From the NCBI RefSeq assembly GCF_006345805.1, contig NW_021835509.1, positions 1 to 39,653 on the forward strand: a stretch of DNA of 39,653 bases. Reading direction: 5' to 3'. This document shows, in pieces, positions 1-12,194 of this stretch. Each line of letters starts with the position of its first letter. Within the stretch, counting starts at the first letter, position 1. Source of the stretch: Octopus sinensis. Its lineage: Eukaryota. The notes beneath the pieces are model-generated. The model was given only the letters and a program-made list of their open reading frames with translations. It was not told the origin of the DNA and did no database searches. Position numbers and translations under genes: made by a program.

Positions 1-211
1 AACGGTGGTAATATTGATGATTTTTGCTGTTTAGTTCAATGTCGGCTCAGATAGTTCCAGCCGTGACCATCTATCTCATATATAATTTTAGAGTGTGATT
101 TGATGGGGAATTGGCTGTTAATTTTAGGAAGTCGAACGGTCACTTGGGAGCTTCTTTAGAATTGAAGCCATGAGCACAAAGGAAAAAAAAAAAAAACGCG
201 AAGGGCTGATA

Positions 212-415
212 TTCTTTTATACGTTTCAGCCCTAAAACTGTGGCCATGCTGGGGCACCACCTTCAAGAATTCTAACCGAATAAATTGACCCCGGTACTTA
301 CTTGCTTTTTAAGCCTGGGACTTATTCAATCGAAGATCCATTTGCCGAACTGCTAAGTTACGGGGGCGCAAACACCCCCCCCCCCCGTGTCAAGCGGGGG
401 ACAAACACATACAGA

Positions 416-483
<68 letters not shown>

Positions 484-603
484 CGACGGGCTTCTTTCAG
501 TTTCCGTCTACCAAATTCACTCAGAAGGCTTTAGTAGAAGACACCTGCCAATGGTGCCACGCAGTGGGACTGAACCCGGAATCATGTGTTTGGGAAGCAG
601 TTG
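212..603 (-). mobile_element. SINE family A, near full length, internal (CA)n(TA)n
   Basis: Reverse complement of the A consensus seen at 11775-12194. It lacks about 16 nt (ggtcggcccgaggcta) between two ggct-t/a-t microhomologies. Confidence 0.9.
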
Positions 604-1487
604 TTTTATATATTTCATTTTTTTTTTTCATGCTTCTACCAAGACAAGTGTTTTTGTTGTTATTTTCTTTGCTATGAATGAATTTAAAGGAAAGAATACA
701 GGAATCGCAAGAGAAATAAATAGTGGTTATAAAGAGGAGTGAGTAATAATAGTAAAACGGAATTAAAGAATACATTAAAAAAACACAAATACACACAAAC
801 CAGAATGAAAGACGGACGAAAATAGGAAAAAACTGATTTATAAACAAGAAAACGGTGGCATAAATAAATAAATAAATAAATAAATAAAAGAAAGAAAGAA
901 AGGAAGAAGAGAGTAATGGATAGGAGAATGAATAAGCTTAGAAATAATAAATATGCGTGTATGATATGAAGGAAAGGTAAAAACTCGTTATAAAAGCATG
1001 TTTTATAAAATATAAAACTGCCAAGGACATTTATGTGTGTGTCTGTCTGTCTTAACAGACTTCCTTATTAATCCAACGCTTATTATAGAAGGAAGCTGCA
1101 TGTAGCCTACACATGCACACACACACACGCATTACAAAGCATGCTCGCCTCGAAACATGTGCAGACTCATTCAGCCAGAATGCACGTGCTCGGACACAAA
1201 CATGTCGTTATGCGTGTAGGTGTGTGTGCGTCAGGACACTGCTCTCTCTCTCTCTCTCTCTCTTTCACTTTCTCTCTCTCTCTCACACACACACACGCAC
1301 ACTCTGTGTATCTCTCACTTCTTTCTCACACTTTCTCTTTAATCTATCTTACACACACTCACGCGCACAAACACACACACCACACACACACATACACATA
1401 CACGCGCCGCGCATACACTTCTCTCACTGCTGTCTACCTCTTCACACATAACATACTCCAGAATTATATAAACATCTATACACACGG

Positions 1488-1533
<46 letters not shown>

Positions 1534-1719
1534 CTCTCTCTCTTTCTCTCTCTCTCTCTTTCTCTCTGCCGATACGCGCGCACAAACACACACACACACA
1601 CACACATTGACATACATGTACCAAAAATATGTATACAAGCAGACAAAATGGACAAAGAATTGACAACTATTTTTGTATATGCAGACCTTTCTTTTCTCTC
1701 TCTCTCTCTGCCCGTCCAC

Positions 1720-1798
<79 letters not shown>

Positions 1799-2271
1799 TA
1801 TATATATGCATACACACACGCACTGGCAGGAACTTAGGGAGAGCTGTGTGTTATATATAGAAATAGAATGAATTTGTGAGTAAAAATACATTTATATTCA
1901 TACATATATACGTGTGTTAAAATATAGATTTACACACACGCACGCGCATACAACACACACACACACACACACAAGCATATCAAATATGTTACACTCATAT
2001 ACATCTGTGAACGCATACATGCGAGCCTGTGTTTCTGTGTGTGTGTGTGTGCGTGACGGATTGCCAAAGCTATTGGTACACCGGAGAAGAAGAATGCCTC
2101 GCGGAATTTATCCCGGAAAAGAATGTCTCGCAGAATCTATCTGATAAAAAAAAAATAAATAAATAAAAAAGTTGGGGGCACCATATCCGGAGCACTGCTT
2201 GATGAAACTGTTAAATACCTCGCAGTATCCAGACTGGGTTCCCTTTGCCCTCTGACGACAACGGTGCCATT

Positions 2272-2512
2272 CGAGCTGGCAGAAACGTTAGCACGCCGGG
2301 CGAAATGCGTAGCCGTATTTCGTCTGTCGTTACGTTGTGAGTTCAAATTCCGCCGAGGTCGACTTTGCCTTTCATCCTTTCGGGGTCGATAAGTTAAGTA
2401 CCAGTTACGCACTGGGGTAATTGACTTAATACCTATGTAATTGACTTAATACCTATGTCTGCTCTTGTTTGTCCCCTCTATGTTTAGCCCCTTGTGGGTA
2501 ATAAAGAAATAG
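2272..2512 (+). mobile_element. SINE family C, full length
   Basis: Nearly identical to 9598-9826. tRNA-like head with gagttcaaattcc B-box, core gcctttcatcctttcggggtcgata, and a 20-bp tandem duplication at 2417-2456. Confidence 0.9.
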
Positions 2513-2852
2513 CCATTTGTACTTGGTGCCAAATTTTTATCAGTCCCTGCAATTGTTCTTCATTCATATCTCTATAATACTGGAGTCTTGGAGAAGAGAG
2601 ATTGGCAAGCGTGTGGTGACTGTTAATCTTTCACAATAAACCCTGGTTCAGATCTGTGCATTTAGGTGCAAAGATAGGGCCATCGCTGACCGACGGATGA
2701 CACCCATACCCCGACCCATCCACCCACAACTTATCTCGCCTACATATGCAGCTATATGGATTTATATGCATCATGTTTTGGCTGCATATCACACTGCAGG
2801 CTTGCCACGCATCGAGACATGTATGTATGTATGTATTTAATTATATAATTAA

Positions 2853-3260
2853 CTAGCAGTATCGCCCGGCGTTGCTCGGGTGTGTAAGGGAAATAACTAT
2901 ATAAGCATTTTTAGAGAGTTATAGCAAAAAAAATTGCAAAAAATGCATTAAAAATGAAAAAAAAATTATGGTAAGTTTTTTTTTAAATCGTTGATCATCG
3001 TAGACATTTTTAGAGAGTTACTTCCTTTATATAAAAGCGAAAAAAATGCATTAAAATGGGAAAATGGAAAAAAATGATGGTAATTTTTTTTTAAATCGTA
3101 GACTCATCGTAGACGCGCGCTAATACCCAGAAGGGCTCGATATGAATCACGACTATAAGATACCCGCTTTTGGTTAAACTGTACCGCAAAATGTGGGAGT
3201 AGTTAGGAATCTAAATCGTAGGAGACAGACAGCACACAACCTCTCTTTTATATATAAAGA
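2853..3260 (-). mobile_element. Non-autonomous Helitron, 408 bp
   Basis: Minus strand begins TCTTTATATA and ends with hairpin cccgagcaacgccggg plus CTAG, inserted between A and T. Has an internal ~100-bp tandem duplication; 3' end shared with 19542-19925. Confidence 0.85.
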
Positions 3261-3457
3261 TTTTAGAGTAAGTTTTGACCGGCCACCTACGTGATTGTAG
3301 CAAAGTTGTGAAGGAAAATATCTGGTTTAGCTATCATCCTTTACATCTTAAGATGGTCTTCCAGATTTTTATAATCCCTGATACCGTGATCATTTGTAGC
3401 ATATGAATTTAGGATTTGAATTCTCTCACCAAGATCCCGAGTTCAGCCAGAAAGATT

Positions 3458-3847
3458 GGTAGTATGTTAACTTGCTTACCAACCACATGGTTCCGGGTTC
3501 AGTCTCATTGCGTGGCACTTTGGGCAAGTGTCTTCTACTATAGCCTTGGGCCGACCAAAGCCTTGTGAGTGGATATGGTAGACGGAAACTGAAAGAATCC
3601 CGTCGTATATATGTATATATATATATGTGTGTGTGTGTGTGTTTCTGTGTTTGTCCCCCAACATCGCTTGGCAACCGATGCTGGTGTGTTAACGTCCCCG
3701 TAACTTAGTGGTTCGGCAAAACAGACCGACAGAATAAGTACTAGGCTTACAAAGGACAAGTCCTGCGGTCGATTTGCTCGACTAAAAAGGCGGTGTTCCA
3801 GCATGGCCGCATTCAAATGACAAAAACAAGTAAAAGAGTAAAAGAGT
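3458..3847 (+). mobile_element. SINE family A, near full length
   Basis: Colinear with other A copies; ends in aaaagagtaaaagag. Confidence 0.9.
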
Positions 3848-4090
3848 ATATATATATATATATATATATATGCCTCTCTGTGTGTATATATATGTTCGTA
3901 TGAATATGCGTATATATGTCTATACATATCTGTTCTATGTTTGCGTGTGTGCAGGTAGGAAAGTGGACACGCGGAATAACTATTAGAGAAGTCTCATCTT
4001 CTAAGTACGTATCTCAATATACTTCTGTTACTGAGTACTCTACTCTCTCCCTTTTGTTTTTAGACTAACAACTCGACTTCCATCTCTCTC

Positions 4091-4370
4091 TCCGACCAAA
4101 GCCATGTGAATGGATTTGGTTGACGGAAACTGAAAGAAACCCGTCGTATTATATATATTTGTATGTGTGTCTGAGTTACTTCCCTCCACCGCTTGACAAC
4201 CGGTGTTGGTGTGTTTATGTTCCCGTTACCTAGCGGTTCGACAAAAAAGATCGATAGGATAAGTACCAGGGTTTTAAAAATAATGTATTAGGGTGATATA
4301 TTCCACTATAAATTCTTCCAGATGGCGCCCCAGCAGGGCCGCAATCTAATGACTGAAACAAGTAAAAGAT
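4091..4370 (+). mobile_element. SINE family A, 5'-truncated
   Basis: Matches A from ccgaccaaagcc to gactgaaacaagtaaaaga. Confidence 0.85.
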
Positions 4371-4544
4371 AATATATATGTATATATATATTAATAAATT
4401 TCAGGGAAACAAAAAATTACTTAGAAAGTTTTTGCTACCAGTGGTCTAGCCTGAAGAAAAACTAATCTATATATTATTTATATAAATACAGTGTACATTT
4501 AAACACATAAGAGATGTCCAGCCGCATTAACTTGCTATTAAGGC

Positions 4545-5404
4545 AGGTAGTAATTTTACTTTCTTCTAAATTACGCAAAAATGAATATAACACTGACATC
4601 TCATTTTATCAGATATATTTTACCAAAATTACCAAAAATATCTTGAAATACTATAAAGACTAAATTTATTCAATAAAATCGCCGTTGGATTCAACCACGG
4701 CCTCCAGACAACTTCGGAATCTTCTGTAACTCTTCTGGGCGATCTCCTTGTTAAAGTTCGTCGATGCTGCCATAATCCTTGCCTTCAGTTCATCTTTGGT
4801 GTTACAAGGAGTTTTGTTGGTCTCTTGCTCGACTGCGCCCGACACGTAATAATCAAAGGGGTTGTCGTCTGGGAAGTGAGGTGGCCAGATGTTAGGAATG
4901 ATATGGTCAGAATTGTCTGACAGCCACGACTGGGCTCTCCTACTTGTTTGGCATGGTGCAGAGTCCTGTTGCTAGACATAGGGTCTTCCAGCAGCCACCC
5001 TCTTAACTCAAGGCACGACTACCTCCTCCAAGTATTTGATGCAGGTTTCTGTGTTGACTGTGAGGTCATGTGAGGAGATGAATGGAGGCATAACATCGCC
5101 ATCACTAGTGATCACTCCAAACACCATGAGGTTGACTGGATGTTTGATTTTTATCACTCTCGATACATGTCCTTAGATGACACCCAAGCATCCTGAAATG
5201 TTCTTATTGGAGCTTCCGTCGCGAATGTCAAGCAGTACAACATGTCGTTTCCAAATTTCTGGCCGAGTGACTTGCCTTATGGTACTGGTTTTCTCACAGA
5301 CGGTGCCCAACTGACCCTACTATACTATGTAGTGAAGAAAATCAAAAGCAGTGCGCGAAATTTAAAATACAAAATGGCGACAAACTTACCCCCAGCGTAC
5401 CCTG
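4545..5404 (-). mobile_element. Decayed Tc1/mariner (maT, DD37D) transposon with transposase C-terminal remnant
   Basis: Minus strand reads HPVNLMVFGVITSDGDVMPPF...QQDSAP...IWPPHFPDDNPFDYY...NGDFIE* with stops. Right end taccctg followed by TA; homologous to 23094-23858. Confidence 0.9.
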
Positions 5405-5406
5405 TA

Positions 5407-5437
<31 letters not shown>

Positions 5438-5479
5438 AAGGGCCTTAGACCAATAGGTGGGGGTGCTGGGCTCCACTTC

Positions 5480-5945
5480 TGCACTGGGCAATACTTTCAG
5501 TGTCGATGAATTAAGTACCAGTAAAACACTTGGGTCGGCGTAATCGACTTGCCACCTCCCCCACCCAAATTTCAGGTCTTGTGCTTTCAATAGAAAGGAT
5601 TATTATTAAGGCGGCGTGCTTAGCAGAATAATTAGCACGATAAGCAAAATGTTTAACAGCGTTTCATCCGTCCTTACGTTCTGAGTTCATATTCCTCCCA
5701 GGTCAATTTTGTCTTTCATCCATTCGGGGGTCGATAAATTTGCTGTCCTTGAGCCAAAAACCATTATCAAAACAGCAAGGTGGCAGAATCGTTAGCACGC
5801 CGGACAAAATGTTGTGCGGCATTTCATCCGTTTTTACAGTCCGAGTTCAAATCCCGTCAGGGTCGACTTTGACTTTCATTGTTTCGGGGTCGATAAAATC
5901 AGCACCTGTTGAGCTCTGGGATCGATGTAATCGGCTACTCTTCTA
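5480..5945 (+). mobile_element. Head-to-tail stack of three diverged family C SINE units
   Basis: Repeated head (cagaa..ttagcacg), gttc box and ggggtcgataaa core at about 5490, 5610-5740 and 5780-5940. Confidence 0.8.
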
Positions 5946-5974
5946 TATAGATATATGCATGTGTGTATCTTTGT

Positions 5975-6171
5975 ATATGCATTGGTTCCCTCCCACCACC
6001 AGTTGACAACCGGTGTTGGTTTGTTTACGTCACGGTTCGGTAAAAAGAAAGACCGATAGAATAAGAATCAGGTTTTTAAAAAAAAGTATCGATGTTTATT
6101 AGTTCGACTAAACCCTTCAAGACGGTGTCCCAGCGTGGCCGCAATCTAATAACCGAAACAAGTAAAACAAG
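5975..6171 (+). mobile_element. SINE family A, 3' half
   Basis: ttgacaaccggtgttgg...gaccgatagaataag...gaaacaagtaaaa. Confidence 0.8.
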
Positions 6172-6194
6172 AAATATACAATGCCGTCCATATC

Positions 6195-6237
6195 TGTGCA
6201 CATGCCTACATGTGCACACGCCTACATGTGCACATGC
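6195..6237. repeat. 16-bp tandem repeat (tgtgcacatgcctaca) x2.6
   Basis: Directly visible; accounts for the His/Cys-rich tail of ORF 6076..6321. Confidence 0.85.
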
Positions 6238-6490
6238 ATGATGGTTGTTGTCTCCTTGTGCTTCCACATTGTCAATAGCATTTCTTACATTCTCTTTGCG
6301 ATCTCTAAGATGGCTATCCATTCCTGTTGTAGATTTGTATGGTTTGAAGCATCGGTAGGAGATGAAAGCTGTAATTTACTGTGCGCTCCCGGACTGTTTT
6401 AGGCCTGGGCGTGTCACCACTCTTCAGTCGCCATAAGACTTTTAGTAAATAGCATCATGAATGAGTTCACCATAAAGAGACATCTTTATG

Positions 6491-6931
6491 TCATTGGATT
6501 ATTGCGATAAACGCGTGTAAAACATTAGTACCATCCATTGAGTATCCATGATTAATACCTTGCGACAGGCCGAAACTAGATGACCAGTAATCACGTGAAA
6601 TCGCATGTTTTACATCAGAATGTCTCTTTCCTTGGAGGATGCTGTGACACATTACAAGTACAATCTGTAGGTGGAACAGTAAAAATCTGCAAGACTTTTC
6701 TTAAGTTCAAAATGTGAATTAGTTTTTATTATATACTCTTCAACGATGGAGCTCTGTATCTTTATAAGAAACCAAATTCTTCTTTCAAATTATTAGAAAA
6801 AAGTGAGGACTTACATATGAAATTATTCTGATGTCTAAATTGCAGTGAAAGAATCTTGTTTCTTGTTTAGGAAACAGTTGCTTCTCTGTTGGTGAGAAAT
6901 TTGCCGAATAAAACCGAGAGCGAGCGTTCAT
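6491..6931 (-). CDS. Candidate two-exon small protein (exons 6931-6815 and 6664-6491), unknown function
   Basis: ATG at 6931, 39 open codons to a GTAAGT donor, 150-nt intron with ttttactgttccacctacag acceptor, then a phase-matched 57-codon second exon. No homology recognised. Confidence 0.3.
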
Positions 6932-7715
6932 ACGCGTAGGACCACACTAAGTGACCAAGTCGAAGATAGTACCGTAAAAACGAGGATATCGGAGAACGGG
7001 TTAATTTGAGTAAGTAATAATTTACACATTGCTATAATTATTCTCAACACTCTTTTCCTTTCCTTTTATATATATGTAAAAAAACAAAAACAAGAAGAAC
7101 GAAATAAAAATCATGCTTATTGATCGGAAGTTTCGTGTTGTTTTATGCTTCACTTGGCTTAGATCAGGGAAAACCAAAAAGCTTCCGTTACAGTCTCCGT
7201 TCTCGTAAATAAAAATAAGATTTGCCCTTAAGCATGAGAATAATTTTTTCTTTTAATTAATTTCTAATTTATTGAAATTATTTCCCTTCTTCGCTTTGAG
7301 AATTACCAACGAATACAGTTAAGTAGTGTTTTCGTTCACCAATTAAGAAGAAAATTTCAATTCATTAAGATTTTTTTAAGCGTACATCTTTTAGTACAGA
7401 CTTGATTTATCTCCAGCCATGCTATTGGCTGATTTGAGTTATTTCCCTTCACTCAGTTTTGTTTGTTTATCTTTTTAGATTTCAGATCTGTCAAATAAAC
7501 GCGCTAAAACTTAGTGCATATTCGTTTTGATTAAACAATATTTGACATTCAATAGTTTTTGTAACTAAAACATAAAGGTGTTATACATGCAGAACGGTTT
7601 CGTTGCTCTGCGCCTATTTGGAACAAACCCGACTGACGGCACTTTCGTGCATGTAGTTACTCTCGAATCGGAAATGCTTTATAAGTCATCCCCGGTAGCA
7701 TCGCCAGGTCAGATT

Positions 7716-8125
7716 GGATCTTTTCGGTTTGACCGGCAGTTTTTTTTAATAATTTCCACGTAACTAAACACTTTTAAACTTCGTATACTGGTAGAGTGTG
7801 TTTATAAAACATGTTTTTCTCTTGGCTTTATTGTGAAAATTCTATAGTTTGTAAGATATTTGTTGTTTTCTTCTTCAATTTCTGCAATTTCAACCAATCA
7901 GTGACGTCTATTGAGGTGAAAACATTCTGAGCCGTATGAATATGTCCCTCGTTTAAGAAACAGATTGGGTTTATTTACATTTCTAAAGAAAAAAGATACC
8001 CTTCCCTCCACCCCTAACCCTAAAACAGATTGAAATGCAATAGATCGATACTAGGGTCATAATTATGGGTGACAACTTCATATGACACCGCTAGAAAAAA
8101 ACTGCCGGTCAAACCGAAAAGATCC
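7716..8125. mobile_element. MITE, 410 bp, perfect 31-bp terminal inverted repeats
   Basis: ggatcttttcggtttgaccggcagttttttt at the left and its exact reverse complement at the right. No clear TSD, so superfamily unassigned. Confidence 0.9.
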
Positions 8126-8299
8126 CAGAGATTTCAAGAAATTATCCATAGGGCCCAGCGGGAAAATCTTCTGGAACAGACCAAGCTAGCTAATTTTTAT
8201 CTACGCCCAGACTTCTTCCGGTGATGCCATCGCTTTTGACTGCGTACTCGACTATTAAGAAAGCTGTGAGTGCTTGATGATGTTCGCGAGGCTCAGGGC

Positions 8300-8650
8300 C
8301 TGAAATTTTAAGGGAGAATATTAATCAATTATTATATCGACACATCAGTGTTCAACTGGTATTTATTTCATAGACCTCGAATGAAATGAAGGTAAAATCT
8401 ATCTCGGTGTCCTTTGAAAAAACGCCTCTAAGCAATTTGGCGTACTAATAATAATGATTTCAAATGTTGGCACATGACTAGCAGTTTTTGAGGGGATGGG
8501 CAATCGATTACATCAACCTCCCGTACTTGACTGGTATTTATTTTATCGTCTCCGAAAGGATAAGTGGTAATGTTGACTTCGGTGGAATTTTAACTTAGAA
8601 CGCAAAGACGGACGAAATACCACTAAGCATTTCGTCCGGCATGCTAACAA
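8300..8650 (-). mobile_element. Family C SINE (8440-8650) plus an older adjacent C fragment
   Basis: Reverse complement of the C head and core (ctggtatttattttatcg...gaaaggat...gttgacttcggtggaatt). Confidence 0.75.
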
Positions 8651-8659
8651 TCATGATGA

Positions 8660-9260
8660 TGGCGATGATGAACATTAGAGAGGAAGATAATACCAAGACA
8701 GTTTCCAATCTGTATGGGGCACTTACATAAGAGGGGGTGAAAGTGAGAGGAGGGAAAATGAGACAAAAGTATAAATAGTATACGGAATATATGAATAAAT
8801 CTGATATAATTCCCCCGACGCGCGAAAACCTCCAGCCAGGGGTAACTAAGGAACACTATAAATCCAGAATTACCCTGACCAGCACAAGGGTATAAGACTG
8901 TGTCTCTCCTGTTGTTCTCTAATCTACAAGTGCATGCTTAGAGTAAGTCTGCTCGCCCTAACAATTTTCGCCACAGTCACCCAGCTTTTAGTTAATTCAC
9001 TGTGAGAGAGCACGTGCCTCTCCACCTTCATTTTCCTTTCCAAGTGGAACGTTAAAAAAGTCGATGGGGGTTTGATCGAAAAGATGCCTGTCTTCCCTTC
9101 TTTCAACCTCGTCTACCACAAAAACCTCTTTCGCAATGGTCTTCAGACAACAGAACATCGCTTGCTTTTGCTTTGTTAAAGGTGGGTGGTGGAGCAATTT
9201 TCACGATGAACTTATAGCAGAAATATGATTATCAATCGGCCGATCAGGCTTAAATACCCA
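8660..9260 (-). mobile_element. L1/Tx1-like LINE, 3' end of ORF2 plus 3'UTR, decayed
   Basis: Frameshifted minus-strand reading IVKIAPPPTF..AMFCCLKTIAKEV..W*TRLK..FLTFHLERKMKVERHVLSHSELTKSWVTVAKIVRASRLTLSMHL* (stop at 8924). Resembles Tx1 ORF2 C-termini (AK..W..R motif); clade call from memory. Confidence 0.65.
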
Positions 9261-9597
9261 AATATTGGCACAAATACGTTTTGTGCAAGTGGTCACATGA
9301 CCTGGTCACGTGATGGTCGAATCTTTCCGGTTTTGCACGTGCTATCCAATGCCATCACATAACCGACAAACCTAGCGTGGAAAAATTAGGATTGTTCGCT
9401 GGAGCCCATCATCAGCTTTAAAAAGCGATATCTTTCCCTCTATCCTCAAATGTGGTGGGAAGGCACCGTCGAGTTCGGATCTCGGTATAGAGAGAGGAGA
9501 GTTATTCAGCAGAGAGCTTTGACGAACTGTTATGTTCTGGCCTAGTACACATCATCAAGTACCAACTGCATGAGAAAATATGTATTTTTTTTTTATA

Positions 9598-9826
9598 AAG
9601 CGGCGAGCTGGCAGAAACGTTAGCACGCCGGGCGAAATGCTTAGCGGTATTTCGTCTGCCGTTACATTCTGAGTTCCAATTCCGCCGAGGTCGACTTTGC
9701 CTTTCAACCTTTCGGGGTCGATTAAATAAGTACCAGTTACGCACTGGGTCGATATAATCGACTCAATCCGTTTGACTGTCCTTGTTTGAACTGTGTTTAG
9801 CCCCTTGTGGGTGTAGTAAAGAAATA
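9598..9826 (+). mobile_element. SINE family C, full length, young
   Basis: Near-identical to 2272-2512 with all CpGs retained. Confidence 0.9.
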
Positions 9827-10009
9827 TGTATATTTTTTGACAAAATCATTCAAGATGTATCATCTTTGCGGTACCTTCCTTTAGGTGTTTGAATAAAGTG
9901 TGATCGTAAATTGCAGCTCTTGGCCTCGTATTTCTTTCCGCTGCTATACCTGACTCATTCGGAACCAGCAAATTACAATGTTACCAGGACCAGAGCCACG
10001 ATACTTCAA

Positions 10010-10175
10010 TCTCTAAAATACCTTTCACTTTCATTTTCCTTTCCAAGAGGAACATTAAAAAGTCGACGGGGACTTGATCGATGAAGAAGATGTCTACCCT
10101 CACTCGTTTCAACCTCGTCTACCACACAGCCTCTTTCGCAAGAGTCTTCAGACAGCAGACTCGATTGATAAATAA
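10010..10175 (-). mobile_element. Second fragment of the same L1/Tx1-like LINE
   Basis: About 130 bp colinear with 9020-9150; reads CCLKTLAKEAVW*TRLK...FLLERKMKV. Confidence 0.65.
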
Positions 10176-10571
10176 AGATAGTCGAAGGTGGAAGAAGGTC
10201 TTTGATTGTATGTAGATAGAATCAGAGCGGGCTCAGACGAAGAGACTTAACGACAAATAATAAAGCAACACCAACAATTTTACAACACTGACTTATCAAC
10301 AACGACGCCGACAGGAAAAGAAATATTACCACAACTAAAGCACCCTTAGATACACAGCAGTCACCATCATCATCATCATCATCGTCGTCGTCGCTGTCGT
10401 CGTCACCACAACCATCGCCTTCATTACTATCAACGAAAAAACATAAAGTAGAAGCGGTGGTGGTGGTGGTGGTGGTGATGGTGGCTGAAGGCGGTTGTGG
10501 AGGAGGAGGAGGAGGAGGGATGTGACAATTATCAACAACCCTGACTGAGCACTGAAAGCAATCCGAGCTGT

Positions 10572-10602
<31 letters not shown>

Positions 10603-10989
10603 CTCACTCGGTTCAGTTTCAATGACGTCAAACGGTGAACGTTCTTGGTGTTAGCTGTCACACACATGTGAACAACGCATTGCTTTAGTCATACAATCAC
10701 ACACGCACAAACACCTTACGCATACACATATACACATATACATGCGTAAAGACAAAACGCAACCTCTTTCTTTTCCTCTGTATCTCTCTCTCTCTCTCTG
10801 CCTCTGTCCCCCCTCTCTCTCTCTCTCTCTCTGTTCCTTAGACATATACTTGATGTGTCCCACTATCTTTTGCACGTATACAAACACATCCAGAGAAAGA
10901 GAGAGAGAAAGAAACGCTCACCTCTCTCTTACTTTTATTCTCTTTCAGAATGACAAGTGTTTGTTCCTTACACACCACCCCCACACAAG

Positions 10990-10998
10990 CACATTACA

Positions 10999-11058
<60 letters not shown>

Positions 11059-11192
11059 ATATAATTATATACATATACATATACATTTATATTATATAAA
11101 TATATATATATATAATATATATATATAATATATATATATTATATACATATACATATATATATATATATAAATATATATATATAATATATATA

Positions 11193-11252
<60 letters not shown>

Positions 11253-11270
11253 ATATATATATATACATAT
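10990..11270. repeat. Long compound (TG)n/(TA)n microsatellite
   Basis: Directly visible. Confidence 0.95.
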
Positions 11271-11552
11271 AAATGGCTGATGACAAACACCGCGCTTGAA
11301 ACTCAAAAGTACCAATGAATTTGAATGAAACTGTTTTGATCCATATATATATATATGTGTGTGTGTGTGTGTATACACACACACACACTCATAGATACAA
11401 GTGTTTGTTCCCTTGACACACACCCACACAAGCATTATATTTGTGCATGTGTGTGTGTGTGTGTGAACATCTGAAATTGCTTCTAGTAGTACAAGGTTTA
11501 GCTGGCATTAGATGTGTAATAAATTATACTGGGCAAAAGTAACAAATGATTT

Positions 11553-11599
<47 letters not shown>

Positions 11600-11774
11600 G
11601 ATACAGAAAAAGGGATCTCTCCAACCAATTCTAAATTTTATTTGGAATAATTACCAGCAATTATACATCCATCTCTATGGATTGTATCTCCACCATGTTC
11701 AGTCATGTTGCATGGCACTTTGAGTAAGTTTCTTCTCTTATAAGCCCTCGGCCACTTAATACCTGGTGAAGGAA

Positions 11775-11930
11775 GTGGCTGTGTGGTAAGTAGCTTGCTT
11801 ACCAACCACACAGTTCCGGGTTCAGTCCCACTGCGTGGCACCTTGGGCAAGTGTCTTCTACTATAGCCTCGGGCCGATCAAAGCCTTGTGAGTGGATTTG
11901 GTTGACGGAAACTGAAAGAAGCCCGTCGTA

Positions 11931-11980
<50 letters not shown>

Positions 11981-12194
11981 TGTGTGTGTTTGTGTATCTG
12001 TGTTTGTCCCCCTAGCATTGCTTGACAACCAATGTTGGTGTGTTTATGTCCCCATTACTTAGTAGTTCGGCAAAAGAGACCGATAGAATAAGTACTAGGC
12101 TTACAAAAAGAATAAGTCCCGGGGTCGAGTTGCTCGATTAAAAGGCGGTGCTCCAGCATGGCCACGGTCAGATGACTGAAACAAGTAAAAGAGT
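11775..12194 (+). mobile_element. SINE family A, full length, flanked by a 116-bp direct repeat
   Basis: A-box-like tggctgtgtgg, B-box-like ggttcagtccc, internal (TA)n(TG)n, 3' aagtaaaagagt. Confidence 0.92.

Noticed and set aside
6076-6321. ORF MDSHLRDRKENVRNAIDNVEAQG...
   Set aside because: Its His/Cys part is a 16-bp tandem repeat and its end lies in an A SINE; only about 25 unique codons remain and the upstream acceptor is weak.
11775-11835. tRNA-like A/B boxes in families A and C
   Set aside because: These are SINE heads; I could not form a complete cloverleaf with an acceptor stem, so no tRNA gene is called.
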